Positions 13,981 to 25,764 of a stretch of 64,000 bases of DNA are shown here, piece after piece (positions within the stretch are counted from its first letter, which is position 1; each line of letters begins with the position of its first letter). This DNA is from Dicyema japonicum (Eukaryota > Animalia > Dicyemida). The stretch spans positions 966,903-1,030,902 of the forward strand of contig RDEW01000005.1 of assembly GCA_011109175.1 (NCBI GenBank), given 5' to 3'. Below the pieces are notes generated by a model. It did no database searches. It saw only the letters and a list, made by a program, of their open reading frames with translations, and had not been told where the DNA came from. The position numbers were made by a program, and so were the translations under genes.

Positions 13981-14879
13981 CTTTGTTGGACTTATTGATA
14001 CGGAACCATACGGAAATGAATTGATTCAGTAATTTTTTAAAAACTAACCAAACATCAGTACACTTTAAACCAGCAAATGAACGTCACTTTCCCGACCATT
14101 AGCGTCACTTTCCCGATCAATAATATTTTCCCTTATCCCAATTGTTAATGATTAGAAAGTGACGTTAATGGAATGTAAATCTTTTATCATAACTGTTCTT
14201 TACTTAAATAAAGTATGTCCTGCCTGAGTGGAGCTTAAAGTAATATGACTTTTCGTAGATTGCGGTATTATTATATCGATTTTGGGATTTTTAATTTTGT
14301 TATATAGCCAATCATACATAACAAAAATACTTCCCCTGGGACGCTATTGGATGATCACGCCACGAGAATAGATGTTTGCGTGGTTATCGCTGTAGATGTG
14401 ACGCTAAAGTTCTTCACGGAGGAGCCAAAAGCACAGAGCAATCAGTAAAGTTATTGCGTGAAGACCGGAAGCGGCCGGATTCCCTGTTCAATTAGAACCT
14501 CTCGGACTGACACTAGCCAAAAAAAGTCGTGACGATTTAATAACTGCAAGCCGAAACAGATTTGTGGATACAGCAAATAAAACTTCAGTACATCTAAAAG
14601 ACCTTGAGTTTGAATTGACTTTCCATGTCAGCGGAAAAATCTTCATATGCTATTTTTACCTCCTATCGGAGAAAAAGACATTAAAGAATTCAGGGAGTGA
14701 TCCCTGTTCAACTATTCACCTCACTACTTAACCAAGTGGCAATCCGGAACAATTGGTCCGGTTTCATTATTCCGATCTTTTTTTTCGATCAGCAGTAGAA
14801 GCCGCCGAAACGCCTAAATTGAAGGAAAAAAACCAACTCCTCTCCAATTCTGCTGAAAAAGAAGCATCTTAGAATAAGG

Positions 14880-15020
14880 AAAAATGTGGTTACTATGGGA
14901 AGCACCGCAAAAACCTCTCGACCCAATTGAGGTCTATCGAGATCACTTAATTAAATAATTTAACTGCTTCTTTCTTGGTGTTCCCTATGTGACGATTTTC
15001 TTTCCTTTTTCCGTAATAAA
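14880..15020 (+). mobile_element. LINE 3'-end fragment
   Basis: AAAAACCTCTCGA...GAGG...GATCACTTAATT...GGTGTTCCC matches the LINE tail at 60895-61020. Confidence 0.65.
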
Positions 15021-15413
15021 TTGTTTGAATTAAATATAACAATGATTGTTAAATTATAATTGATTTATGATAAAAGTCATCACTAATGACAGGCATAATG
15101 ATTTAATGACAAGTGTGGTAACCAGTCTACCATGGTAACCAGTCCAGCATGTCACATAATATATAACATTTTGGAAGTTTAATATACTTTTTTCATTTTA
15201 TAATTAAGCACTCTTGTTCATGGTTAATAAACCACTTTTGTTCATAAATTATCTCAGAATTGACAATTAATGTTTATCTAATTTTGAGCTATTATGATTC
15301 AGCAAAATAAACGCTGAATAATAATGATTCAATTAATTTTAATATAAAATGTGATTTTATTTTTATCGAATATAAAATTTAAAATGTAACTCAATCTGTT
15401 GATTTTGTTTAGA

Positions 15414-16097
15414 ATGTCGTCTCTCGTTGGAAAGCCTGCTCCAAGTTTTGAAGGAACTGCTCTTGTTAACTCAAAATTCGAGGAGATTACAAACGAGAAA
15501 TATTTAGGAAAATATGTCGTCCTGTTTTTTTATCCATGCGATTTGTGATATTTTATAAGATTATTCTGTAGTACCTTCGTCTGTCCAACTGAGATAATTT
15601 CCTTCAATGATAGGCTTAGAGAATTTGAGGAATTTGATACTCATATTATTTCTTGTTCTACTGACACTGTTTTCTCTCACTTTCAATGGTTTTTAAACAC
15701 ATTTTTTTATCTGAAGGACTCAAATGTCTAGAAAAGAAGGAGGACTTGGAAAAATTGATTTTCCTATGTTAGCTGATAGAAACCATTCTATAACCAAGGC
15801 TTATGGAATCCTTTCAGAAAGTGGAAATGCATATCGGTAGAACATGTAGTTTTATTAATAGAGGACTTTTTATCATAAACCGTGAGGGAATGGTGTGCAG
15901 TGCTACAGTTAACGATATGCCTGTTGGGAGAAGTGTGGATGAAACACTAAGAGTTGTACAGGCCTTTCAGAGTTTTGATGTATATGGTGAAGGTATTTTA
16001 CTAGCTGATTTAAGTTTGTCCTGCGAATTGGAACCCTGGGAAAAAGACAATAAAACCAACAACGAATGATTCAAAGGAATATTTTGAATCAGTTTAG
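15414..16097 (+). CDS. PRDX: Typical 2-Cys peroxiredoxin (thioredoxin peroxidase), 5 exons
   Basis: Introns at 15545-15571, 15689-15716, 15837-15861 and 15993-16014. The spliced protein has [35 protein letters not shown] and a C-terminal YF. Confidence 0.95.
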
Positions 16098-16439
16098 ATT
16101 AGTGACTCTTTTTCGGGTTAAATTTGGCTTTCTTTTGTTCTAATACTCATACTTTAACCTGTGTGTCTAATGATCCTCAAGTCTGGTGACTCAATATCTG
16201 TTTCTCAGAACCATGGTGTTGTTCTACTTTAATTAAAAATATACCGGTTACTGAGTATTTGCTTAAGATGGTTAATGGCACTTCTAGAATGTGACCCAAT
16301 AAGTTGTAGAGTACCACTTTAAGTGAATTAAAGTTTCAGAGGCTTAAGAAAATCGTTTAAAGTGGCTCTTCAATGATTTAATAGTCAGCAAACAACTATG
16401 CAGAAAAAATATCAAATCTCTAAGAAAAACTGTGTCAGG

Positions 16440-16941
16440 TTCAGGGGTACCAAAGCTTTCTGCTGCCCAGGGCGAGTGTATGATAATGATGCCCCTTATA
16501 ACTATTGACTTAAAAACACGTGGCTAAATAAATTATAGATGTTGTCATACATGAGAATGAATAAATAAAGATGAGGTGGATCATTATTTAATTAAACAAA
16601 AAATCACTCACTTCCATGTCCACTAGCTCCTTTGCTGTCAACAAAGTCTTCTTTCATCTCACTTATCAGGAATTTCTTTTCAACGCTGAAAAAGATAAAC
16701 TTGGCAGGCGCTAATTTGACATAATTCACAGCGGAAACGCACGTGCAATCGATTAAAATCCGTGCACTCAAAGTCTTCAGCGCTGTCAATAGAACACGGT
16801 GATCGCTAGCAGTCGATCTTGTCTGTGGTGAAAAACATAGAGAAATAAGTGAGTATAGCTTAATAATGTGCACTCCCATGGCTTGGATCTGCTGCCCCCT
16901 ACAGCGTGCTGCCCCAATGGCCCCCTCTAGCCACGCCCCTG
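16440..16941. mobile_element. Possible hAT-type non-autonomous element
   Basis: The right end reads CAGGGGCGTGGCTAGAGGGGG on the minus strand, and the left end begins CAGGGG. GC-rich termini in an AT-rich context. Confidence 0.3.
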
Positions 16942-17286
16942 GTTATGTCCACCGATAACTTATGATAAGCACATTATCTTGCTTATTGTGATGTACAGCA
17001 AATGAGGTTTTATTACTATCTCCACCTTTATCAAAAATTATGCATTCTCAGCAATAGGCTGCACCTTATAAGTCCGCAACTTTCTGGAATGTGACATTCC
17101 ATATTTTTTTCGCAAAATTAAGAAGAGTCTCACTCCGAAACTGGAACTGAATATACCTTAACGCTTTTTCCAATAAATCTTTCACAATTACACCGTCTTC
17201 CAACTTTTGGGATTTAATCCACAATAATAAAAACATAAGGGCATCCATGAATATCCTCGAGAGCCGAAGACAGCACAGTGTAGAAA

Positions 17287-18100
17287 AGTGGTTCTCAACC
17301 TTTTTTTAATCCCCCCCCACGAATTTTTTTCGCCCCTTATTTCACAAATCACAGAAATTATTTAAGAAATATTTTTTATTTAAAAATCATAGTTTTAATG
17401 AGATTTCTGTGGTTGATGAGTATTCACAAAATTCTCTAAATTTTTTTTTTTTTCGTAAGTGCAATCCTTATCTGTCCTCTTTCTTGTTTCGTTTTTTCCC
17501 GATGACTTTGTTGAGAGTGCTAAATCCTTTTTCTACGCAATATGAAGTCGGAAAACATGATAATTGGAGTCATTTTCCCATAATTTCGGGACTTTATCTT
17601 CATCCCCAGAACTGTGAAAGGTTTTCACTCTTGAATTTGATTTTGAGTGTTTCTTTTTTTAATTCAATTAATTCTTCTTGAAATTTTTCGTCACAATCAT
17701 GCGGAACTTCGTAACAATCATAGGGTTAATCATCCAATCTGAAAATAAATTAAATAACAAATTTTTTAATTATCTCTGCAACTTTGTATGAATAAAATAG
17801 TCCAGAAACATTTTAAAATATAATTTTGTTAAGAAGAGAAGTTAAAGTACTTTTATTTTCATAATTCTTTTTTTATTCAACAAAATTTCTGTTTTTTCCA
17901 ATTGAGTTGAGATGTTTACGCTTTAAATGTTCGATTAAGCGCGATGGTTTCATTGCCTCATTGGAAAAAACACTGTACAATATTGCGAACAAAGCGGTTT
18001 ATGAAGATCCTGAAGATTTTTAATAAATCCAAAAGAAATATATTCCTTTTTATAGGTTCTAACTTTGTTTGAACAAGACTCATCACGAAATATTAGAAAT
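17287..18100 (-). mobile_element. hAT (Buster/Charlie-like) DNA transposon relic
   Basis: TIR-like GTGGTTCTCAACCTTTTT at about 17288. The minus-strand peptide NEAMKPSRLIEHLKRKH is typical of the ZBED5/Buster N-terminus. Confidence 0.6.
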
Positions 18101-18300
18101 CAATTTATTGCTTATTGAATCGCCACGCTCTTGCCACGCTCTTGCCATGCTGTTGTTGTGGTTGCCTATTTTTTTACTTTTATTCTATCAGTTTATTCCA
18201 TCTTATTCTATCCTAATTTATCAATCCTATTCTATCAATAATATTCAATCCTTTTCTATCCTATCTTGTTCTATCTTTTTTTGTATTTCCTTGTTCTACC

Positions 18301-20130
18301 ATGGATAATCTATCCAATGTTATTAGTACATCTATCAAAACGACCGGCGAAGTCGCTAACTGTACGAAATGCCTCCTTTCAAACACCCGGAAATTGGGGG
18401 TTATCTGCTCCCAATGTTGTTGTTTTTTCCATATCGACTGCGTTAAACTATCCAAGAAAACTGTGGAGATCTTAAATACCTGGATTTGACATTCATGCAT
18501 TCTTTCGCTCGTCCGAAAAATGTCTTCTCCGTCTGTGTTTAGTGATTTTCCACGGGTGATGCTCTCCCAGATCTCTGCTCTGAGATCGAGGATGAAAATG
18601 AGGATCATTGAGGCAGGAAACTCTTTCATACCTCATCGATTCTGCTCTTTCTTACTTGCATCCTGAAGACTGGACCACAGTTCTCCGTTTCGCTCCTTTT
18701 GTTCTCGGTGCTAGTCCTCCCTCCTCTGTTAGTTCCCAGATCAGGAGTAATGCCAAATCCATTATGACTACGAATCTGGACACTTGCTTGCGGATCATAG
18801 TATCACCTTACGAGGACGGGAGAATTGTATGGACTCCCCCAGAAGCGATAATTTAATAGAACGAAAGCTCATCGAAGGGGATATCCGCGCCACTCTCAGG
18901 GTTGTTGAGTCATTCAGCCTCAACCTTGTAAACGACCGCTGGGAAACACTCCCTGAGGCCACTTGATCATATTAAAAGTCTTCCCGTGCCTGTTATTTCA
19001 GAGGAGCCAGTTATTTAATCTTTCGCAGCTCCAGCAGCTGCCGGATCGATGGTTTACGACATAAGTATGTAAAAGATCTCATCTCTGGAAGCACTGCCGA
19101 GAGGAACTTAATCAGATCTATTACAAATTTGGTCAACTGACTAATGAGTGATGCCATTGACTCTTTGGCGAGGAACCTTTTCTTCAATGCTCTTTTACAC
19201 GTTTTCGTCCAATTGCCGTTGGAAATTTCTTCAGACGTTTAACAAGATTTCAGTGAAACTTGTATGTAACCGCCTGAGTAAGGAGATTTCTTTAACCTAG
19301 ATAAGCGTTGATGTCCCTCATGGATGTGAGGCCGCTATCCATTCAACACGCCTGTAATCCCAGAGAGTGCAAACTACTTCTGAAGCTAGACTATCTCCAA
19401 TGCATTCAATTCTCACAGGCGTGACCGCATGTTGGAGTTCTGCGTTTCTAAAACGCCTGAAATAACCAAATTTCTCCATCTTTCTTACAGATTTGAGAGT
19501 TCTCTTGTCTCGGTGATCACAGCAAGGTGATCCCATTGGACCTCCCCTTTTCTCCATTACTAGTGACCACGTTATTCATAAGACTTCGACCCCTCTTCAT
19601 ATTTGGTACCTTGACGACGGAACAATAAGTGTCACCGCCTCGATTCGACGCATTGGAAATCGTTATTCCTGCTCTGTTAGAACTCGGTCTGCAAGTGAAT
19701 ATGCGGAAGACAGAGATCATAAATGTTAGCTTTCGCCGGTCGTATTTTCCAAACCAGCCTTGAGGCCTTGTTCCCTGGTCGAGGATAGTCGAGTCTTCTG
19801 GTACAGTTCTCCTTTAATGCTCTCTATTCTTGTCCGGGATGGAAAAGTTTATGAAGAGAAAGGTCGACTGACGGAAAGGCTTAAAACTCTTACACTTCCA
19901 AGGATAGCTCCCAATAATGTTAGGAGAATTGGTTTAAGGTTTCCTTCCGATTTGGCAATTCCATGCTACCTTTCGTCCCCCCAAGCTGCCGTGCCTTGGC
20001 CAACTCAATTTTATGTTCATGCCACGGATTGAGTCTGGACCCTGTGTTTGACGTAATTGTGTAGCAGTGGACAGCAAACAGGCTCGGTGTTCCGGAAAAA
20101 ATTTACCTTAAAAAGACTGGGAAAAAATCC
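18301..20130 (+). mobile_element. Decayed CRE-clade retrotransposon with N-terminal PHD finger and RT
   Basis: CTKC..VICSQCCCFFHIDC..W (PHD finger), RKLIEGDIRATLR, RPIAVGNFFRRL, GCEAAIHSTR, QQGDPIGP, WYLDDGTI. Confidence 0.8.
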
Positions 20131-20559
20131 TTTGTGAAAAAAGCTAATATAAAACAGAAATCTGTATTCCCCATAGTCTTCATCCAGTTAGGTGGATACT
20201 TTAGTTTCGTTAAGGAATGCAACACCCACTCCATAATGCTGTAGATCTTGACAAAGCTGATTTTTTAGTATTTCAGAACTGATTCCTCTCACATTAAAAG
20301 TCATTATGCTGAAATTCTTTTGTCCGTAGTGTTTTTGAGACATTAACAGCACTTAGTTCTAGAGAGGGACGTCACCAAATCAACTTATCCGGTGTTATTA
20401 AATTAAAATGCATAAAATAATGTTTGAGACAACAGGGGGAATAGGCGGAAATCGTTTCGTTTCCTAAAGAAACTTGATCCGTTGCCATGTTCCGTAGCAT
20501 ATCTATAGATCATCTTCATCTTTAAGACACTTTCCAATCATCCTGAGATCTTCATCTAG

Positions 20560-22100
20560 GATTACCGGCAGTGTTGTCCTCGGCCGGCCGTGGAAACGCG
20601 AAGCCTCTAAGATAAATCCTCTCCATTGCTATGTTGGCAGGGGTCCCCTATCGTAGCGGAGTATGTATCTAAACAGCCTCCATCTCGAATCAGTAATATC
20701 ATATGATATTGACTCAGTTCCTGTCCTCTTGTATAAGATTTCGGATGGCATTTTGAAAAGGCTTCGGAAAGAAAGGAGTGCTCGGAGATGATTTCTGTGA
20801 AAAGAATTCAACTTTTCGAGTTCCTGCCTTGTACATGCCCATGTACCGACATTATATAATAGGATAGGCCTCACTAGTGACATTTCATAGTCTCATTCGA
20901 GTTTTAGGGTCAAGCCCATTGTGCAGAAGACAGGTCTTTATTTTGTTGAAAGCGACGTTAGCTAGTGTCTTCCTTCGTGTTATATCTTCGGTGTCACCGA
21001 GAAGGGATCCAAGTTTTTTTGATCTGCGCCAGTGCTCTCGGTCCTTTCCTCACTTTTTTTAGCTTCGTGATTTGTTTTGTTTGTGTTTACTTTTAATGAC
21101 CATTCAGCCATTTTATCAGGCATTTTCTCCAAAAGTGCAATTAACTCTTCTTTGTTATTCGAAATAAAGTCCACGTCATCCGCATGTGCTATTATGCTCG
21201 TTCCTTCCGATATGAGGCTTCAAGTCTCGTAGAGCTGCCTCCAGATAAATAATACACAAAATCGGGGATAATGGATCTCCTTGAGGGGTACCAATTGCCG
21301 TTTCAAATGTCCTCGATAAAGCTTTCCCAGTCCTGACTATAAACTTGTGTCCGTCAGAGTGTCCTGACCATCCTAATCGTTGAGCCTCCAAAAATGCTCC
21401 AGTATTTGCAGCAGCTTGTTCCGGTCGACGGAATCAAAGTCTTTGACATATCAATCCCAGAATAGTTGTCGTTATTTAAATTTTTGAACAGTCGCTCTTT
21501 CCATTTGTGGCTCCATGTAACATCTGACGTTGATCTCTCTTTGCGGAAGCCACTTTGATAAGCCGACAGGTAAGAGTCTAGGCGTCCCTTCATTTTTGAA
21601 ACGTAATATTGGCTAGTATCTTCCGCAATGTGTTGGTTAAGACCACTGGTCTTAGGTTCTCAACTTTCCTCGCTTTTTTGTTTGGCTTCTGTACTGGTAT
21701 CAAAAGTCCTTCTCCAAGTGGCAAGGTGGTTCCTTTACTGTACGTTTCGTTTAGAATCCAGGCAATTATCTTGTATAGTTTTTGCGATCCATATGTGAAA
21801 AATTCACCATTTAAGCCATCTTGGCCGGGACTCTTATTGTCTTCAGTTTGAAATTTGCTGTCATCACTTCTTCCAAAGTTATTTCTTCGTCTAATTTCCT
21901 CTGATCCGTGTTAATTGTGAGTTTTTTGCTATTTTTTATACGAATTGTGCTTCAAAATAGTCCTCTATAAGTTTTGCAACTTCTTGTTGGTTAGCAATAT
22001 GTTTTCCTTCTTCATCTAAGCTCCATAAAACTTCGAATTGTCTTTAAGGCCTTCGATTTTTTCTATTTTTATTATTGTTTCGTTCTTTAATATCCGACGT
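20560..22100 (-). mobile_element. Decayed RTE-like LINE (RT region)
   Basis: YQSGFRKERSTSD, GTPQGDPLSPIL, LKVNTNKT, LVRPILLYNVGTW..LNSFHRNHLR, RWRLFRYILR. Confidence 0.8.
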
Positions 22101-22232
22101 GCAGCTTTTCTTATTTTCTTTTTGTGTTTTTGATAAACAATTCTTTTTAGTTTAAAAAATAATAATCTTTTGTATTAAAAAAATAAAAAAATAAATTATA
22201 TAATTTGAAACATCTACCATTTAGTGATTTAA

Positions 22233-24917
22233 ATGTGTGATCTTAATAATCTTGTTGAGCAAAACGAGAAATTTCAAAAAGAGATAATAAATAACGCTAA
22301 TTCAGCAATGAAGGAGTTATTTGTTAATATTTATGATAGGGTAACAAATTATTACGATAAACAACAAAACATTATGGAAGAGATCTCCAGCTTACTAGAA
22401 CAAGTACAGAAAATCAAAATTGACGGTTTATTCGGTGCTTCAGAGACAAAGGGCGATAACTCAACTTCGTCTGGATTTTTAAATAAGGTTATGTTGCTTG
22501 AAAATATTCCAGAGTTTTCAAAAATCTGATCAAGAAAGTTCAAAAAATTGTAAAGAATAAGATTAAAATCGAGAATAACATCATTGAATCTCAGCAATTA
22601 ACCATTGATGCTTCAAAGAAGGATTCAACCAGAGATGTGGATTCAGTCCGCTTCGATCAACAAGGCTTTTCCGCTTCAATGATCAATAGTTTGGCTGAAG
22701 AGATTTTCAAAGTTTGCTTGCTTACGTCTCATCTCATAGGAAATTGAAAGTAGTACCTCGATTCCTTCATACGACGAGTATTCTGCATCTAAAACAGCAA
22801 AGGCTGGATCCCCCTGTAAGTGAGGTTCATTACTTTTAGCTCTTGTTTGTGACGGGCAAACAAAGAAGTTGGATATTGACAGCGATTTTTTGAAATGCCT
22901 GTTAGTTTTGGTGGTTAAAATATAGAAATTTTAATGTGAGGGATCCGTTCTTTTTATTTGAGGAGTGTGAGGCGCAATTTTACAAATTTGAGGACAAGAA
23001 AATTGTTAAAACTAAACAAGTTCCCAAACACTTAACGGAAGAAAAAGTGACGTCATCTCGTGAGACTGAGAAAACAGAAACGAAAGAGGTCAGTTTTTTT
23101 GGTGGTTCGTCGCCATTTGGTGTCACGAATCTTCCTCAAACATCCCAAATTGGTAGTCTCCCTGTTAGTTCTCTATTCAATTCTGTCACTCAAGGTAAAA
23201 TCGATCCCTTTGCTAATTTCCAAACTAAACCGACTTTGCATGCTGAAAATCTTCCCCCTGGAAATTTGTCACTCAAAAGTAATGAACAATCCACCATGGG
23301 AGCTGAAACCGCTGCAACTGGAAGTTATCCATTTACTTCTTTTCAACAAAATGAAAGTTCCCTTTTCAAGCATGTTATGCCAACTGAAACCAATACTTCT
23401 GCCAATTCGATGTTCAAACCTGTTATTCATAATGAAGGTAACTTTACTGGAGGGCAACATACTTCGACTCAAATGTCTACTCAAGCATCCGTATTTAAAG
23501 TTCCAGAAGTTGCAACAGCCACGTCAGCTCATAGTTTTGGGTCCTTTAATAAGGAAGTGGGGGATGCAAGTGGAATTCCTGCCATTTCCAGTGCTCAAAT
23601 GTTTACTCAAGCGTCCGTATTCAAACTACCAGAAGTTGCAACAGCTACGTCTGCTCATAGTTTCGGGTCCTTTAATAAGGAAGTGACGAGTACTACTGGA
23701 ATTTCTTCCGATTCCAATGCTTTTAACTGGGGAAGTAAATTCGGCGAAAATCTTGTTAAAGATTCTTCATTCAATAAATCAAATGAATTTGCAAACAACT
23801 TCAATTCTGATTTGTGTTTTAAACCTAAACGACCATTGAACAACCCAAACAGGATCATTCACTTAATAGTTCCCAACAAACATTTAGTAATTTCAATACT
23901 GACATATTCAAACAAAACACGGCTGGCCAACTACCTAATACCACAAGTCCCCAATTATTCAAAACTCTTTTTGGAAAAATACTGTTTCTACTGCAAATAT
24001 AAGTAAAGAGTACTGGGGTAGCTCGACCACATCCTCTAATAGCAGTTTTTTTAACTGGACAGTTACTCAGAGCACTCCCACGTGGAACACCGGTCAGAGC
24101 ACTTCTATGTGGGGAACTACTCAGAATACTCCCACGTGGACGAGTATTCATACCAGTCATACACCGACAACTTCTCCTACGTGGGCAACAGCTCCGATTT
24201 CTCACACGTGGACAAATACTCAAACAACTTCCACTTGGCCGAATGCTCAGAACACTTCGACCACTCCAACATGGGCCAGTTCTCCAACTATTCCCTCATG
24301 GATGAATACTCAAACCTCTTCCATGTCGTCAACGACACCTACTACTCCCATGTGGGGAACCCCTCCAGCTACAACCATATGGACGAATACGCCAAGCACT
24401 CTCACTTCGAATATAAATCAGCCCTGGTCAACGAATTTAAATACGACTAATGCTAACTCATTATGGAACAGTGATAGATTACAGCAAACAAATGTTAATG
24501 CTCTTTCTCCTCTTGGAATATTTGGAAAAAATTATCAGGTTGACAATTTCGCACAAAATCAACCGATTATATCCTTCAGTGCTTCAGTTAAAGTTTACTG
24601 TATTGACCCGACAGGGACTAATTTTAAACTTTTCAGTAAAGGCGAATTGCAGGTTGCCGCGTCAGCCAACCCCCCTCTATCACAGTTACAGATAATGTAA
24701 ATTTAGTTTTTAAATGTTTTAGGAATGTAAAATTATTTACCAGCCCATTCGAAGAGATCTTATGATTAACAAGAAGGACAATAATGCAGTAACATGGGGA
24801 TCAGGAGCTAAAGATCGATATCCACTTCTTGATGTTTGCTTTGCAGTCAAGTTCCCTGATCCTCCTACAAGAGATCACTTTTTTGATTTAGTTACTCGTC
24901 TTATAAGCGCAAATTAA
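22233..24917 (+). CDS. Nucleoporin-like protein: coiled-coil N-terminus, FG-like repeats, Trp repeats and a C-terminal Ran-binding-domain (PH-fold)-like module
   Basis: Tiny introns near 22490, 22712, 22816, 22901 and 24697. FG/FN motifs (SFFGG, SPFG, SFGSF twice), a TPTW repeat tract, then SVKVYCID...AVTW...FAVKFPD..RDHFFDLV. A continuous frame needs three +1-nt repairs in homopolymers. Confidence 0.6.
23467..23705 (+). repeat. Internal coding tandem duplication with a 126-nt (42 aa) period
   Basis: QMSTQASVFKVPEVATATSAHSFGSFNKEV versus QMFTQASVFKLPEVATATSAHSFGSFNKEV. Confidence 0.9.
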
Positions 24918-25063
24918 ATTGATTTTGCTGTTTCATCCTGATAATTTACTTTTGATATAAAGTTAATTTTTTCATTATATTTTCCTGGCATTTTAATAAA
25001 TTATGGTTATCTTTCGTATGGTTGCGGATAATTTAAGAATTTCTTATATAAATTAGTTTTAGT

Positions 25064-25430
25064 GTCCGCGTGGCGCTATGCGGTGCTATGTGGGGAAATT
25101 GAAAATTAGCCGCTTGGTGCCATGTGGTGCTGCGTGGTTAATTGATTGAAGTTTCTGCTTGCTTGTCTTTTCCTCCTCTCTATTCCCATTAGAGTGGCGT
25201 CATGTGATCCATCTGTCTAGGTGACGCCCAGTGCCAGGCCGGCACGAAAAAGGATCATTTGCTCTTCCTCACTCCACTGGAGGGGTTTCCACAACTGCAT
25301 GTAATGGACGTCTTACCTTTTATGTTGATTCCGGATGGACTCTGTTTCTGTAGAAGTGTAAACTGGATACACTTAATTAGTTGTTTACTTTAACTTCGTT
25401 CTCGGTGTATCCGGGGTTAATAATAAATAA
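25064..25430 (+). mobile_element. SINE, pseudoknot-core group, copy C
   Basis: Duplicated A-box-like heads, core at 25196-25257, tail CTCGGTGTATCCGGGGTTAATAATAAATAA. A close reverse-strand copy lies at 54062-54274. Confidence 0.8.
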
Positions 25431-25650
25431 ATGTGGCTAGTATGTCAAAAATTATTCTCCCTCCCTTTAATGGCGTCATTGGATCCACCTTATAGAGGAG
25501 ACGCCCAATGCCTGGCCGGCATCAAAGCGGATCCACTATTCTTTCCCCATGGACAATGTCGTTACCTGGAGACAAGTTCTGGAACGAGTCAGGATCAAGG
25601 GGTTAGGGAGTTTGGTTACCCTTGGTCTTTGGAATTAATTTATTTAATAA
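25431..25650 (+). mobile_element. SINE, pseudoknot-core group, copy D
   Basis: Core at 25472-25534; aligns along its length with 976-1200. Confidence 0.8.
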
Positions 25651-25764
25651 TCCCTGAAAAGGGTTTAGTCAGTTCCTCCGGTAGAGTGGGACGCATCCTT
25701 ACCATTCGTCGAGTATATCCATATCTTTTATTGTAGAAAACCCCTCATCTTGAGTAAGGAAGAG

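Noticed and set aside
22470-24010. Reassignment of TAA to an amino acid to explain the broken frames
   Set aside because: TAA terminates GTPBP3 (after the conserved CIGK), IQGAP and YIPF, and TAG ends PRDX, SMARCB1 and RRM2. The code is standard.
23855-24450. Overlapping ORFs in several frames and on the antisense strand over the Trp repeat
   Set aside because: Expected by-product of a low-complexity C/A-rich repeat. Only the Trp frame links to the C-terminal domain.
25472-25534. Canonical HDV ribozyme call
   Set aside because: The topology fits, but the L3 consensus, P1.1 GG and a conserved catalytic C are not evident. Reported only as an HDV-like fold.
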